This document shows, piece after piece, positions 16,713-25,229 of a stretch of DNA of 64,000 nucleotides. Both the position numbers and the translations under genes were made by a program. Each line of letters begins with the position of its first letter. Positions within the stretch are counted from its first letter, which is position 1. The DNA lies in the IMG/VR virus record IMGVR_UViG_3300033068_001013, positions 1,951-65,950 of that record. The stretch is one strand, 5' to 3'. The notes beneath the pieces are model-generated. The model ran no database searches and was not told the DNA's origin. It saw nothing but the letters and a program-made list of their open reading frames with translations. This stretch comes from a virus. Taxonomy: Duplodnaviria > Caudoviricetes.

Positions 16713-18899
16713 ATGGCAGATACAACTTTAGCATCCACGGCACCTGCAGTGTCCAAGGGTGGCTCGTCCAAACCGTCGCGCTTTGAGGCTCCTTCGTTGT
16801 GGGATGGTCAAAGCCAGAGCGATAAGGACCGGTTGTTGGGATGGATGCGAGAAGCGATTAATGAAGGAGAGTGGTTTCTTAAAGGAAACTCCGGATATCA
16901 ATTCGTGGATGCCAGTCATCGGTTGATGGCGGATATTGGGCTGGAAGAATTACCCCCCACACTTAGCAAAACTTCCATGAATTTTGTCAAGAGGGACGTC
17001 CGAGAAGTAGTCGCCACGCTCGCGAATCCCCGTCCGATTAATAGTTTTGTAAGTACTAATAGTGCTTATGACGATCAGTGTGGGATTTTGAACAAGGGTT
17101 ATCGGAGCTGGTACAGCGCCTGTGATGTGGACCGCACCATTCGCGATGCTGTGTATTTTGCCGCAGTAGAAGGAACTGGATACATTCTCAGTGAATGGGA
17201 CCCGGGTTATTGGGCAAATGGTCAGGGCGATGTCCGTGTTCAGGCTTTGGGCGTTGATGCGGTGTTGCCGATTCAGATTAGCCCAGAGGGCTGGGATCTT
17301 CAGCAAGCGTATGCGGTTATTATTCGACGTCAAGTTCCTTTTGTATATCTTGCAAATAGATACCCATGGGCCGCAAATAGTTTCGTTCCAGACGGAGAAA
17401 ACGTTAGCAGGTGGAGACGCCTTGTGAATCGTTTGATGGATAAGGTTACTCCGACGGTTCATAATACCTATGGATCTCAGCGTGGATATCGCGGAGAAGA
17501 TCCAGCCGGAAAGTGGCTGGTTACGGTTTATGATATCTATATCCTGGATCGTGCCATCAATACCACTGGACAGGAAATGAAGATGGGATTGGATGGCTCT
17601 CCTTGGCAATATCGAGTTCCCTCGATGGGCGGAGATATTCCAATGCCATATAACAACCCCGATGGATCTCCTGTCTATCGCAAAGCCACTGCGTTTGACG
17701 CCAAGATGTTCCCATATAGACGGCATATTGTGGCTACTCGGAATATGATTCTAAGCGATGGGCCCTCAAAATGGTGGCATGGTCAAGTGCCCCTTGTTAA
17801 AATCGCCCTCGATTCCAATCCGGCCGAATACTGTGGAATGCCTCTGACAAAGGAACCTGCCAAACTTCAAATGATGGTTACGAGTTTGTTGAGGGCGTAT
17901 GATGATTCCGCCAATGCACGGCTCCGCCCGCCTATTGCGTATGACGATTCTCGCATGGCCGAAGCGGAAGCGCGACAAATTGATCCCCGTGTCGGTGGTC
18001 AGGTTGTGGCGATTAGGAACATGGTAACGGAACCTTTCAAACTTCTCGTAGATCCTCGAATTTATCAGATGCAGTCGGATATTCTTCCTCTCATTCAATG
18101 GGCCAAAGAAGAAGGAACCAAGTTGATTGGACTGCATGATCTAACCGCATTGCAGCGTGCTGCGCAAATACCCTCTGCGGATACGATTGAGAAATTGAAT
18201 GAGATGGCTGGGCCGCTGGCCACGGACATGTCTCGTAACATGGAAACGGCTCTGAAAGGACTGGGAGAGCAATTCAAAGCCCTATTTTTTGAATTCTACA
18301 GTGCCCCTCGTCGCTTCCAGCTTCTCGGACCTGATGGTCTTACCCAGGAAGATTTTGATTATGATCCAGGGGAATTGACTCCTAATAACCTCAATCTCCC
18401 CGGCATCGGCACCCGAGGTAGTCGAATGGAGCGGGCGCGGGCCCATATGCAGAATTTCAGGTTCGATATCGTTCCCAACACCATCTACGAGATGACTCAG
18501 AGTTCTCGTAAGTTGTTGCTACTGCAACTTGGTCGTATGGGATTGCCGGTTAGTCCTTACACGATTCTCGAACAATATGACATCCCAAATGTCGGGCGTC
18601 CTCCAAAGATTGACGGCGTGGAGCCTATTTCCGAAATCGACAAGTGGAAAGCTTGGAAGAAGGAAGAAACGGATGTCATGATCGAGCAGCAAATGAAGAT
18701 GGCGCAGGCGCAGATGGAGATGCAGGCGCAAGCTGCGCAGGCTAATCCGATGGCTCAATTGGGTCAGGCCCTCCAACAGATGGTTCAATCTCCTACGGTT
18801 AAAAACCCCCAAGGAGAAGGGCGACCCCCTACAGCCCAAAAGCCTCCCCACATGGAGGCCAAGGATGGGGGAACTCGGATGGCTATCGCGGAGAGTTAA
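16713..18899 (+). CDS. portal protein
   Basis: 728 aa, position after TerL, GTGY...W pattern, Q-rich coiled C-terminus typical of podovirus portals. Confidence 0.8.
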   Translation: MADTTLASTAPAVSKGGSSKPSRFEAPSLWDGQSQSDKDRLLGWMREAINEGEWFLKGNSGYQFVDASHRLMADIGLEELPPTLSKTSMNFVKRDVREVVATLANPRPINSFVSTNSAYDDQCGILNKGYRSWYSACDVDRTIRDAVYFAAVEGTGYILSEWDPGYWANGQGDVRVQALGVDAVLPIQISPEGWDLQQAYAVIIRRQVPFVYLANRYPWAANSFVPDGENVSRWRRLVNRLMDKVTPTVHNTYGSQRGYRGEDPAGKWLVTVYDIYILDRAINTTGQEMKMGLDGSPWQYRVPSMGGDIPMPYNNPDGSPVYRKATAFDAKMFPYRRHIVATRNMILSDGPSKWWHGQVPLVKIALDSNPAEYCGMPLTKEPAKLQMMVTSLLRAYDDSANARLRPPIAYDDSRMAEAEARQIDPRVGGQVVAIRNMVTEPFKLLVDPRIYQMQSDILPLIQWAKEEGTKLIGLHDLTALQRAAQIPSADTIEKLNEMAGPLATDMSRNMETALKGLGEQFKALFFEFYSAPRRFQLLGPDGLTQEDFDYDPGELTPNNLNLPGIGTRGSRMERARAHMQNFRFDIVPNTIYEMTQSSRKLLLLQLGRMGLPVSPYTILEQYDIPNVGRPPKIDGVEPISEIDKWKAWKKEETDVMIEQQMKMAQAQMEMQAQAAQANPMAQLGQALQQMVQSPTVKNPQGEGRPPTAQKPPHMEAKDGGTRMAIAES

Positions 18900-18909
18900 A
18901 TTTCTCCAA

Positions 18910-18938
18910 TTGACACTACCTCAAACCCATGGTAGTGT
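18910..18938 (+). promoter_or_regulatory. sigma70-like promoter P1 overlapped by an inverted repeat
   Basis: TTGACA-17-TAGTGT with TG extension; GACACTACC/GGTAGTGTC 9-bp inverted repeat spans it. Confidence 0.6.
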
Positions 18939-18968
18939 CCTCTTGTTCACGTCATAACCCTCCTTCTA

Positions 18969-19008
18969 AGGGAGTCCGTCACCCCCGACGGCTCCCTTTT
19001 TGCTTTTT
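18969..19008 (+). terminator. intrinsic terminator
   Basis: GGGAG-T-CCGTC/GACGG-CTCCC hairpin followed by TTTTTGCTTTTT. Confidence 0.75.
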
Positions 19009-19020
19009 ACAGCAATCTAT

Positions 19021-19049
19021 TGACATTCCTGTACCAATCTGATACAACC
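19021..19049 (+). promoter_or_regulatory. sigma70-like promoter P2 for the capsid operon
   Basis: TTGACA-17-TACAAC. Confidence 0.55.
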
Positions 19050-19088
19050 CCTTTGGATTAGAAGGTTAGATCTAATTAAGGAGACACG

Positions 19089-19475
19089 ATGAATTTTCCA
19101 CTTATGCCTACTGACCCTTCGATGATTGCCGGTGCTCCGGCTGGACCGGGTAACATGGGTGCCCCTCCAACGGCGTCTGCGCCCCCAATCAGTGGACAGT
19201 CAGGCGGTCCGAATGCTTTGTCCGGTCTTCTTGGATTAGGAAGTCAACCTTCATCCCCCTCTTCAGATTCGCTCTCTATGCAGGGAGCTATTAGTCAGGC
19301 CCTTCAGCAGTTGGATTATATTGCCAATCAGGTTTCAGACCTAGCACGGGCTTACCCAGGTAATGAAGAAGCTGCTCGCATGATTATGGAGGGGGTTTCA
19401 CAATGGAAACAAGGTATTGTTACTACGATCTCCACTCCGGGCCCACTAATGCCCGGTGCTGCGGGGATGATGTGA
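19089..19475 (+). CDS. Pro/Gly/Ser-rich hypothetical head-module protein
   Basis: ORF track, AAGGAG SD. Confidence 0.65.
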   Translation: MNFPLMPTDPSMIAGAPAGPGNMGAPPTASAPPISGQSGGPNALSGLLGLGSQPSSPSSDSLSMQGAISQALQQLDYIANQVSDLARAYPGNEEAARMIMEGVSQWKQGIVTTISTPGPLMPGAAGMM

Positions 19476-19546
19476 CCAACCTAATGACCAATCGTCGAGA
19501 AGAACCCCTCGGGGCAAGCTTCTCGTGAAGTCTTCAAAGGAGTCAT

Positions 19547-20533
19547 ATGCCGACAGCTAGAGAACAGGTTTCTGCGCTCGTTGATAATCTCATCAAAGAA
19601 GGTGTGATTGCTTCTACGGAGCGTGATAATTATCTAACCAGTCTCGCGGGAGACGATGCGAAAGCTCAGCGTTTCGCAAATATGTTGTTGATGGGGAATG
19701 ATTACACGCGTAAAACTCAGGATCTCGCCGCTCAACGTCGAGAACTTGAGGCTGAACGTCAACGTCAGGCGAATGAATTGGCTAATCGTCAACGTAGTTT
19801 GGAAGATTGGGAGCGGACGGCTCGTGCGGAACTTGAACAGGCGCGTGCGTTGCAGTCCAGTGTTCCAGGAATGGCCGCGAAAGTGGCTGCTTATGAACAA
19901 GCTCTTCGGGATTATAACCTCTTGGATCAGGTTAATGTTCCGGCTGTACCTACTACTTCTCATACTCCAGGAGAAACCATGACGACTACATCCAATCCTA
20001 CCCCAACTCAACCGGCCGGTGACTGGCTTAAACGAGACGAAGCGACGGATTATCTTCGCCAGATTCTGGAACTTCAGGGCGAATCCATGCTGATCGCTGC
20101 TCGTCATCAAACGCTGTTTGGCAAACCTATTGACCGAAATATCGTCGCGGAATCTCTCCGCGCCAACGTCCCTCTCGACCAGTATTGGCGTACTTTGTAC
20201 AACGTTGAAGCCCGAGAAGCCGAGCTTCAGGCGAATGAGCGTGAAGCCGAACGGGCCCGAATTCGAGAGGAAGAGCGTGCTAAGTTGATGTCTGAGTTTG
20301 TTGGACAGACTCCGGGTCAGCCCGCTTTCCAGGGGGCTAAAACTCCAGAGCTGTTCAATGTTTACAACCCCAGCAAATCTCTTGCGACTGAGCGAACTGA
20401 CGTAGCTCCGGAAATGAAACCGGATCTCGGCAGTGCAATGAGTCGTGTGAATGATGCTGTTAGCTTCTTCCGTGAGCGGTTTACACCCGAGGGTCTGCCT
20501 CGTAATGGGGGTGGGCCGGCTGGAAGTGTATAA
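19547..20533 (+). CDS. putative capsid scaffolding protein
   Basis: Coiled-coil, directly upstream of the major capsid gene. Confidence 0.65.
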   Translation: MPTAREQVSALVDNLIKEGVIASTERDNYLTSLAGDDAKAQRFANMLLMGNDYTRKTQDLAAQRRELEAERQRQANELANRQRSLEDWERTARAELEQARALQSSVPGMAAKVAAYEQALRDYNLLDQVNVPAVPTTSHTPGETMTTTSNPTPTQPAGDWLKRDEATDYLRQILELQGESMLIAARHQTLFGKPIDRNIVAESLRANVPLDQYWRTLYNVEAREAELQANEREAERARIREEERAKLMSEFVGQTPGQPAFQGAKTPELFNVYNPSKSLATERTDVAPEMKPDLGSAMSRVNDAVSFFRERFTPEGLPRNGGGPAGSV

Positions 20534-20595
20534 CTATGAAGCCTTCTACACCGAAAGGATCGGCTGAGATGGCTTCTTTGAATTAAGGAGACAAC

Positions 20596-21735
20596 ATGGC
20601 TGATCCTATTGTTAATAGTATTAACGCGGTTACGCGGGAGAAGATCTGGCCGCGTCAGATCACTGACAACTTCTTCCGTGCTATTCCATTTTTCACCTAC
20701 CTTCGGGACAAGGCCCTCCAGACTTTTGATGGTGGGACGTTCCAGCAGTATCCATACCTGTTCCGTCCGCTGATCGGCGGTTCGTATGCTCCGGGTTCGG
20801 CCTTTAATATTGATAAGGTTGACACCATTGCGGCGACTCGGTTCCGTGAGCGGTACTATGAAGTCAACGTTACGGAGTTTATGGAAGATATCAAGGTCCG
20901 TAACCGCGGTGAGGCTGCGGTGTTTAGTCTGCTCGATGCCGATCTGAAGACGGCGATGATGACTCTCACGACCATCATTGCCATCGCTGCGTGGCGTCAT
21001 GGTCAGGCTGCGGGCGGTACGGTTCTGGATGATCGTTCGCTTGAAATCAACGGTCTTTCCGAGGCCCTCAACAATGGTACGGTGTATTCGTGGGATGGAA
21101 ACATTTTCGCGAACTACGGTGAACAGGCCCGTAATGGTGCCATTGGTTCTTCGCTGAACTCGGTTCCTCGTTGGCTCGGTACCTCGACGGGCGGTGGCGG
21201 CAAGATCACGTATGACCAGCTTGAAGACATGTATCAGACGGCTACGCAGGGCAACCTGTCGCCGGATCTGGGCGTTACTTCGAAGCGCGGTATGACGCTG
21301 ATCAAGAACACTCTGCAGCCTCAGCAGCGGTTTGCGCAGGAGACGGACCCTCGTTATGGCTTTGAGGGGATTCTCCTGAACCGCATGCGGATCACCAAGG
21401 ATGACTATGCGCCTAGCGCGTATGGTGAGAATGATCCGAACCTTGGCAACTACCTGACGACCACGATTGCTTCGAGCGGTTTGACGGGTACGCCTGCTGG
21501 TAACTTCCCGAACTCCACGGCGGCTCCAACGCTGACGGTTGGTGAGGTGCTGTTCATGCTTAACACGGATACGTGGATTCTGCGCGTTAGCTCGGATGAG
21601 ACTTATTCGTTTGGCTGGACGGGCTTCAAGCCGGGTCAGGACAACACGCGCGTTTCGGGTCAGGCTCTCGCGGCTCTGAATCTGGAGTGCGTTGCGAATC
21701 GTCTCAATATTCATGGTTTTGGCTTCACGAGCTAA
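20596..21735 (+). CDS. major capsid protein
   Basis: 379 aa, strongest codon bias in the window, position after the scaffold, HK97-type length and composition. Confidence 0.8.
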   Translation: MADPIVNSINAVTREKIWPRQITDNFFRAIPFFTYLRDKALQTFDGGTFQQYPYLFRPLIGGSYAPGSAFNIDKVDTIAATRFRERYYEVNVTEFMEDIKVRNRGEAAVFSLLDADLKTAMMTLTTIIAIAAWRHGQAAGGTVLDDRSLEINGLSEALNNGTVYSWDGNIFANYGEQARNGAIGSSLNSVPRWLGTSTGGGGKITYDQLEDMYQTATQGNLSPDLGVTSKRGMTLIKNTLQPQQRFAQETDPRYGFEGILLNRMRITKDDYAPSAYGENDPNLGNYLTTTIASSGLTGTPAGNFPNSTAAPTLTVGEVLFMLNTDTWILRVSSDETYSFGWTGFKPGQDNTRVSGQALAALNLECVANRLNIHGFGFTS

Positions 21736-21845
21736 GCCTTCCAAATAGGGGGTGAGTTTCTCACTCCCTTGGGCCCGGGAGCCGTCTACGGACTGGAGCA
21801 TCTGCGTCACTGCTCCCCCGGGCTTTAATCTAAACGCAGGAAAGG

Positions 21846-22460
21846 ATGAACTATATGTTTCGTCGTTCTACTAATAATCCGTGGATTCCCCCGGGTGGGC
21901 TTAACTCCGGTTCGTTCGCGCAGATCGGTGGCGTTGAAACGGTTGGTCAGCGATTTGGCGGACTGCTTGGTCAGACGTGGGTAGCGAGTGATGCCGATGC
22001 TCTGAAGGTTTCGAAGACGAGTGTTGGTACGCTTTATAACGGCGTCTATCAGCTTGTGAAGCTTTCGAGCAACGTTTCCCGTGGGCAGATTGTTTTCTGG
22101 GATACGCTTGCGAATAACGGTACGGCGCAGTTCAAGGTTACCAGCACGGTTACAGCTCCGGCCGCTTTTAAGGCGGGTATCGCGATTTGTGATGGTACGA
22201 GTGGTGAGTATGTTTATATTCAGGTTGCTGGTCTGGCCAGTGTTCTGTATGCGGGCTCGGTAACGAGCGCGGTGCTGGGCAATCTTGTTATCCAGAGCGC
22301 CCTGAATGCTGCGACGGCTGATGCTCTGGCGGATGCTGGTGCGCTTGCTACGGCGGGTGGATATAAACAAATCGTCGGTCTGGCCTATGAACTTCCGGTC
22401 GCTAGCTCTCTCAAGCGCGTTCTTCTCAATCAGGCTGGTTTCCTGCCTGTGATTGGATAA
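21846..22460 (+). CDS. putative capsid decoration/cement protein
   Basis: A/G/V-rich, follows the MCP, high-expression codon use. Confidence 0.55.
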   Translation: MNYMFRRSTNNPWIPPGGLNSGSFAQIGGVETVGQRFGGLLGQTWVASDADALKVSKTSVGTLYNGVYQLVKLSSNVSRGQIVFWDTLANNGTAQFKVTSTVTAPAAFKAGIAICDGTSGEYVYIQVAGLASVLYAGSVTSAVLGNLVIQSALNAATADALADAGALATAGGYKQIVGLAYELPVASSLKRVLLNQAGFLPVIG

Positions 22461-22470
22461 GGAGGTCTAA

Positions 22471-22797
22471 ATGGCTCTTACGATTACTCCGGTTCCTGGG
22501 ACTCGAAATAGCGACGGAAGATATTTTTCTCAGATTGTGGACATCGCGCTGGATAATAGCTATCCCACGGGTGGGTATGCTATTTCTCCACGAGATGTTG
22601 GTCTGGGTTTGACTATCTTCGGTATGCAAATTATCGGGGGCAATTCTGCGGCTAATGGCCGAAAGGCCATGTGGGATACTGGTAACAATAAACTCATGCT
22701 GGCGCAGGATGCTGGCGCTGCTGGCGCAATGGCTCAGGTTCCGAATGCTACTGATGTCAGTACCTTGACTTTCCGAGTTAAAGTTACTGGGTTTTAA
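22471..22797 (+). CDS. small virion structural protein
   Basis: YPTGGY motif common in small head proteins; position in the head module. Confidence 0.5.
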   Translation: MALTITPVPGTRNSDGRYFSQIVDIALDNSYPTGGYAISPRDVGLGLTIFGMQIIGGNSAANGRKAMWDTGNNKLMLAQDAGAAGAMAQVPNATDVSTLTFRVKVTGF

Positions 22798-22813
22798 ATT
22801 TCGATAGGCACGT

Positions 22814-24022
22814 ATGGGAAATTTTCTCTCTTATTCGAATCAACTTCGGGCCTTCGTGCCTATCCTTTCTCCTCAACAGGCTGAGGATTATATCAACCAA
22901 GCTTGGCGAGCTATTAGGACCGCCTACGATGGTTGGACTTTTCTTCAGGCTGAAGAGTATTGGCTTGCTCCGGGATTGATTGGATTGAGTGGACTTCAAG
23001 TCACTCAATTCGATACTACCGTTACGCTGGGATATGATGCCATGGCATCCTTGGGTGGGTTGAATAATCCACCCATTACTTCCCGGCAACTTCGATTTGG
23101 CACGAATGGTGGACCGATCTATGTGATCAGTTCTACAGATCTTCAGAAGGGAACTGATGGAGCTGCGACTGGAACAACACTAACAAGTGCAAGTGCTCCG
23201 TTTGTTTCAACTGATGTTGGAAAGAAGATTCGAGTGGTTGGGGCTGGTGCTTCTGGTGGTAATTTGGATACCACTATTGCGGCTTATGTTAGTCCTACTC
23301 AAGTTACTTTGACTGCGGCTGCATCTACAGTAGTTACGAATGCTACGTTTTATTGGGGTTCTACTATCACATTGGCTAGACCCTACAATGAGCAGACCAG
23401 CACTACCGCCTCTGCAGTTTGTTTGAGGTACTACTACTCGCCTCTTTCAACGGACTTTGCCCGTATTGATCATCTTAGTGATCCCATTACAGGATATGAA
23501 TTCGGATGGGACATTGGATCTTCCGATGAGTTGGATCGAGTAGACCCGCAGAGATCTTCGAATGGAGATCCTTGGAGAATCTTCCATCGATTCTATGATT
23601 CGAATACCGCGCTACCTGTATACGAACTCTGGCCAGCTCCACGAGCTGCTCGTGCGTATAAAGTAGTGTACTGGAAACTGGGAACGGACTTTGTGAATGA
23701 TACTGACAGTCTCCCCCCAGAGATTCCAGAAGAACTGCTTCTAATGAAAGCGCGAATGATTGCGTATGAGTTTGCCATGACTGCCGATCCTGATCGAGCA
23801 AATAAGCAAGCTTATGGTAATGCCTTGGGGTATATCCGAGGAATTTATTCTGGTGAATCACAACCTGGCCGACCTTTGGGTAAGTTGGATGAAGTTATTC
23901 GCCAGGATAAGAATCGAGCGGTTACACTTGGACGCAAGAGACCACGGTGGCCAGGACCGGGTTGGCCCATCGACTCAAACTTTGCACAACGACATGCGTG
24001 GCCTAGCGGTGCTTGGTATTAA
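22814..24022 (+). CDS. head-tail adaptor-like protein with inserted beta domain
   Basis: A..YINQAWRAI...W.FLQ N-terminus and YELWPAP motif typical of adaptors. Confidence 0.6.
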   Translation: MGNFLSYSNQLRAFVPILSPQQAEDYINQAWRAIRTAYDGWTFLQAEEYWLAPGLIGLSGLQVTQFDTTVTLGYDAMASLGGLNNPPITSRQLRFGTNGGPIYVISSTDLQKGTDGAATGTTLTSASAPFVSTDVGKKIRVVGAGASGGNLDTTIAAYVSPTQVTLTAAASTVVTNATFYWGSTITLARPYNEQTSTTASAVCLRYYYSPLSTDFARIDHLSDPITGYEFGWDIGSSDELDRVDPQRSSNGDPWRIFHRFYDSNTALPVYELWPAPRAARAYKVVYWKLGTDFVNDTDSLPPEIPEELLLMKARMIAYEFAMTADPDRANKQAYGNALGYIRGIYSGESQPGRPLGKLDEVIRQDKNRAVTLGRKRPRWPGPGWPIDSNFAQRHAWPSGAWY

Positions 24023-24024
24023 TG

Positions 24025-24053
24025 TTGACTCTGCTTTACAAATTTGCTATGCT
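24025..24053 (+). promoter_or_regulatory. sigma70 promoter, probably for a leaderless transcript
   Basis: TTGACT-17-TATGCT; ATG 6 nt downstream at 24060, no SD. Confidence 0.65.
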
Positions 24054-24059
24054 TTTTAT

Positions 24060-24794
24060 ATGAAAAATAAGAACTATTCGAATAAGCGTGCAAATGAAGT
24101 CAGATGGCAAGCTCAGCGTGAGTGGGTTGCAAATGAAGTCAACACTAAGAGATGTGAAACCTGTGGTGGGGACCTGATTTGGACAGGAAAAATAAATACC
24201 ACTACAGTTAGAAAACGTCGATTCTGCAGAGAATGTTTAACACAGCAGGTTAAAGATCGACAAAAGATCAAACGAAAAGAAAAGTCTTTAACCTCAAATG
24301 GTTATGTGTTAATTTGGGATGGGGATCAGAGGAAATTGGAACATGTAGCTGTAATGGAGAGGCGATTAGGTAGACCCCTTGAATCTAACGAAATCGTTTT
24401 CCATTGGGACGGAGATAAAACTAACAACAATTTCAGTAATCTCCTTTTATGTGACCGATCATTTGCCAACTGGCTTTTTGCAGAAATGGGAAGAAAGCAT
24501 ATGAGGGAGAAATTCGGCCCTTCTGTTCCAGACGAAGAGATTCCTGGGAGATATTTGCACAAAGGTTATTGGCAAATGACTGTTGGATCAAGAACGGTTG
24601 GCGTTCACGTCCACAAGGCAGAGGCGGTTTTAGGTAGAAAGCTTAAAGCCAATGAGGTAGTTCACCATATAAATGGTGATACGCTAGATAATAGAAATTG
24701 CAACTTGTTGATATGCACAAAAAGTTACCACAATCGGTTGCATAACGAAATGTCTAAACAGTATCAAAAAGATAAGTTTAGGCTAGATCAGTAA
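24060..24794 (+). mobile_element. free-standing HNH homing endonuclease with tandem HNH domains
   Basis: CETC/CREC finger; FHWDGDKTNN.FSNL and HHINGDTLDNRNCNL; AT-rich relative to flanks. Confidence 0.85.
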
Positions 24795-24807
24795 AGGAGA
24801 ATTAGAT

Positions 24808-25188
24808 ATGTCTCACAAAATGAATGGTGGACGCGATTGGGATTGGGGCAGTGGCCCTGGTGGCGGTCTTGGCACCAAGCAGGGTCAGATTGCCGGTCCT
24901 AATGAAGGTATGGGGTACGATATTAAAGCGGCTCCAGGCCCCGGTATCGAAACTGGTGGTTGTGGTATTGGGCCCTTTGGTTTGTACAAAGAGTCTCCAA
25001 CCATTATGCCGACCGTGAGTGCGGTGAGTGTTGGGGAAAATATGGGTACAGATGGTGGACTCGAAACTCCGATGTCTACGTCTCCGGCTATGCTGATGGG
25101 TTCGGGCGGTTCGTCTGGATCGGGTAGTCAGAGTGGTGGTATCGCTTCCCCTCTTCAGACGCCTTTCGGTGATCGTGTTGGTAAGTAA
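24808..25188 (+). CDS. Gly-rich hypothetical virion protein
   Basis: ORF track, AAGGAG SD. Confidence 0.55.
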   Translation: MSHKMNGGRDWDWGSGPGGGLGTKQGQIAGPNEGMGYDIKAAPGPGIETGGCGIGPFGLYKESPTIMPTVSAVSVGENMGTDGGLETPMSTSPAMLMGSGGSSGSGSQSGGIASPLQTPFGDRVGK

Positions 25189-25229
25189 ATAGTTCCAAGT
25201 TCCTTTCAATTCCACCCGTGAGGAGATTT

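Noticed and set aside
20362-21810. 482-aa antisense ORF over the major capsid gene
   Set aside because: Shadow of a strongly biased sense gene; R/T/L-rich, no motifs, no SD.
23814-24059. N-terminal extension of the HNH ORF given by the ORF track
   Set aside because: It overlaps the adaptor gene out of frame; a promoter inside it points to ATG 24060 as the start.
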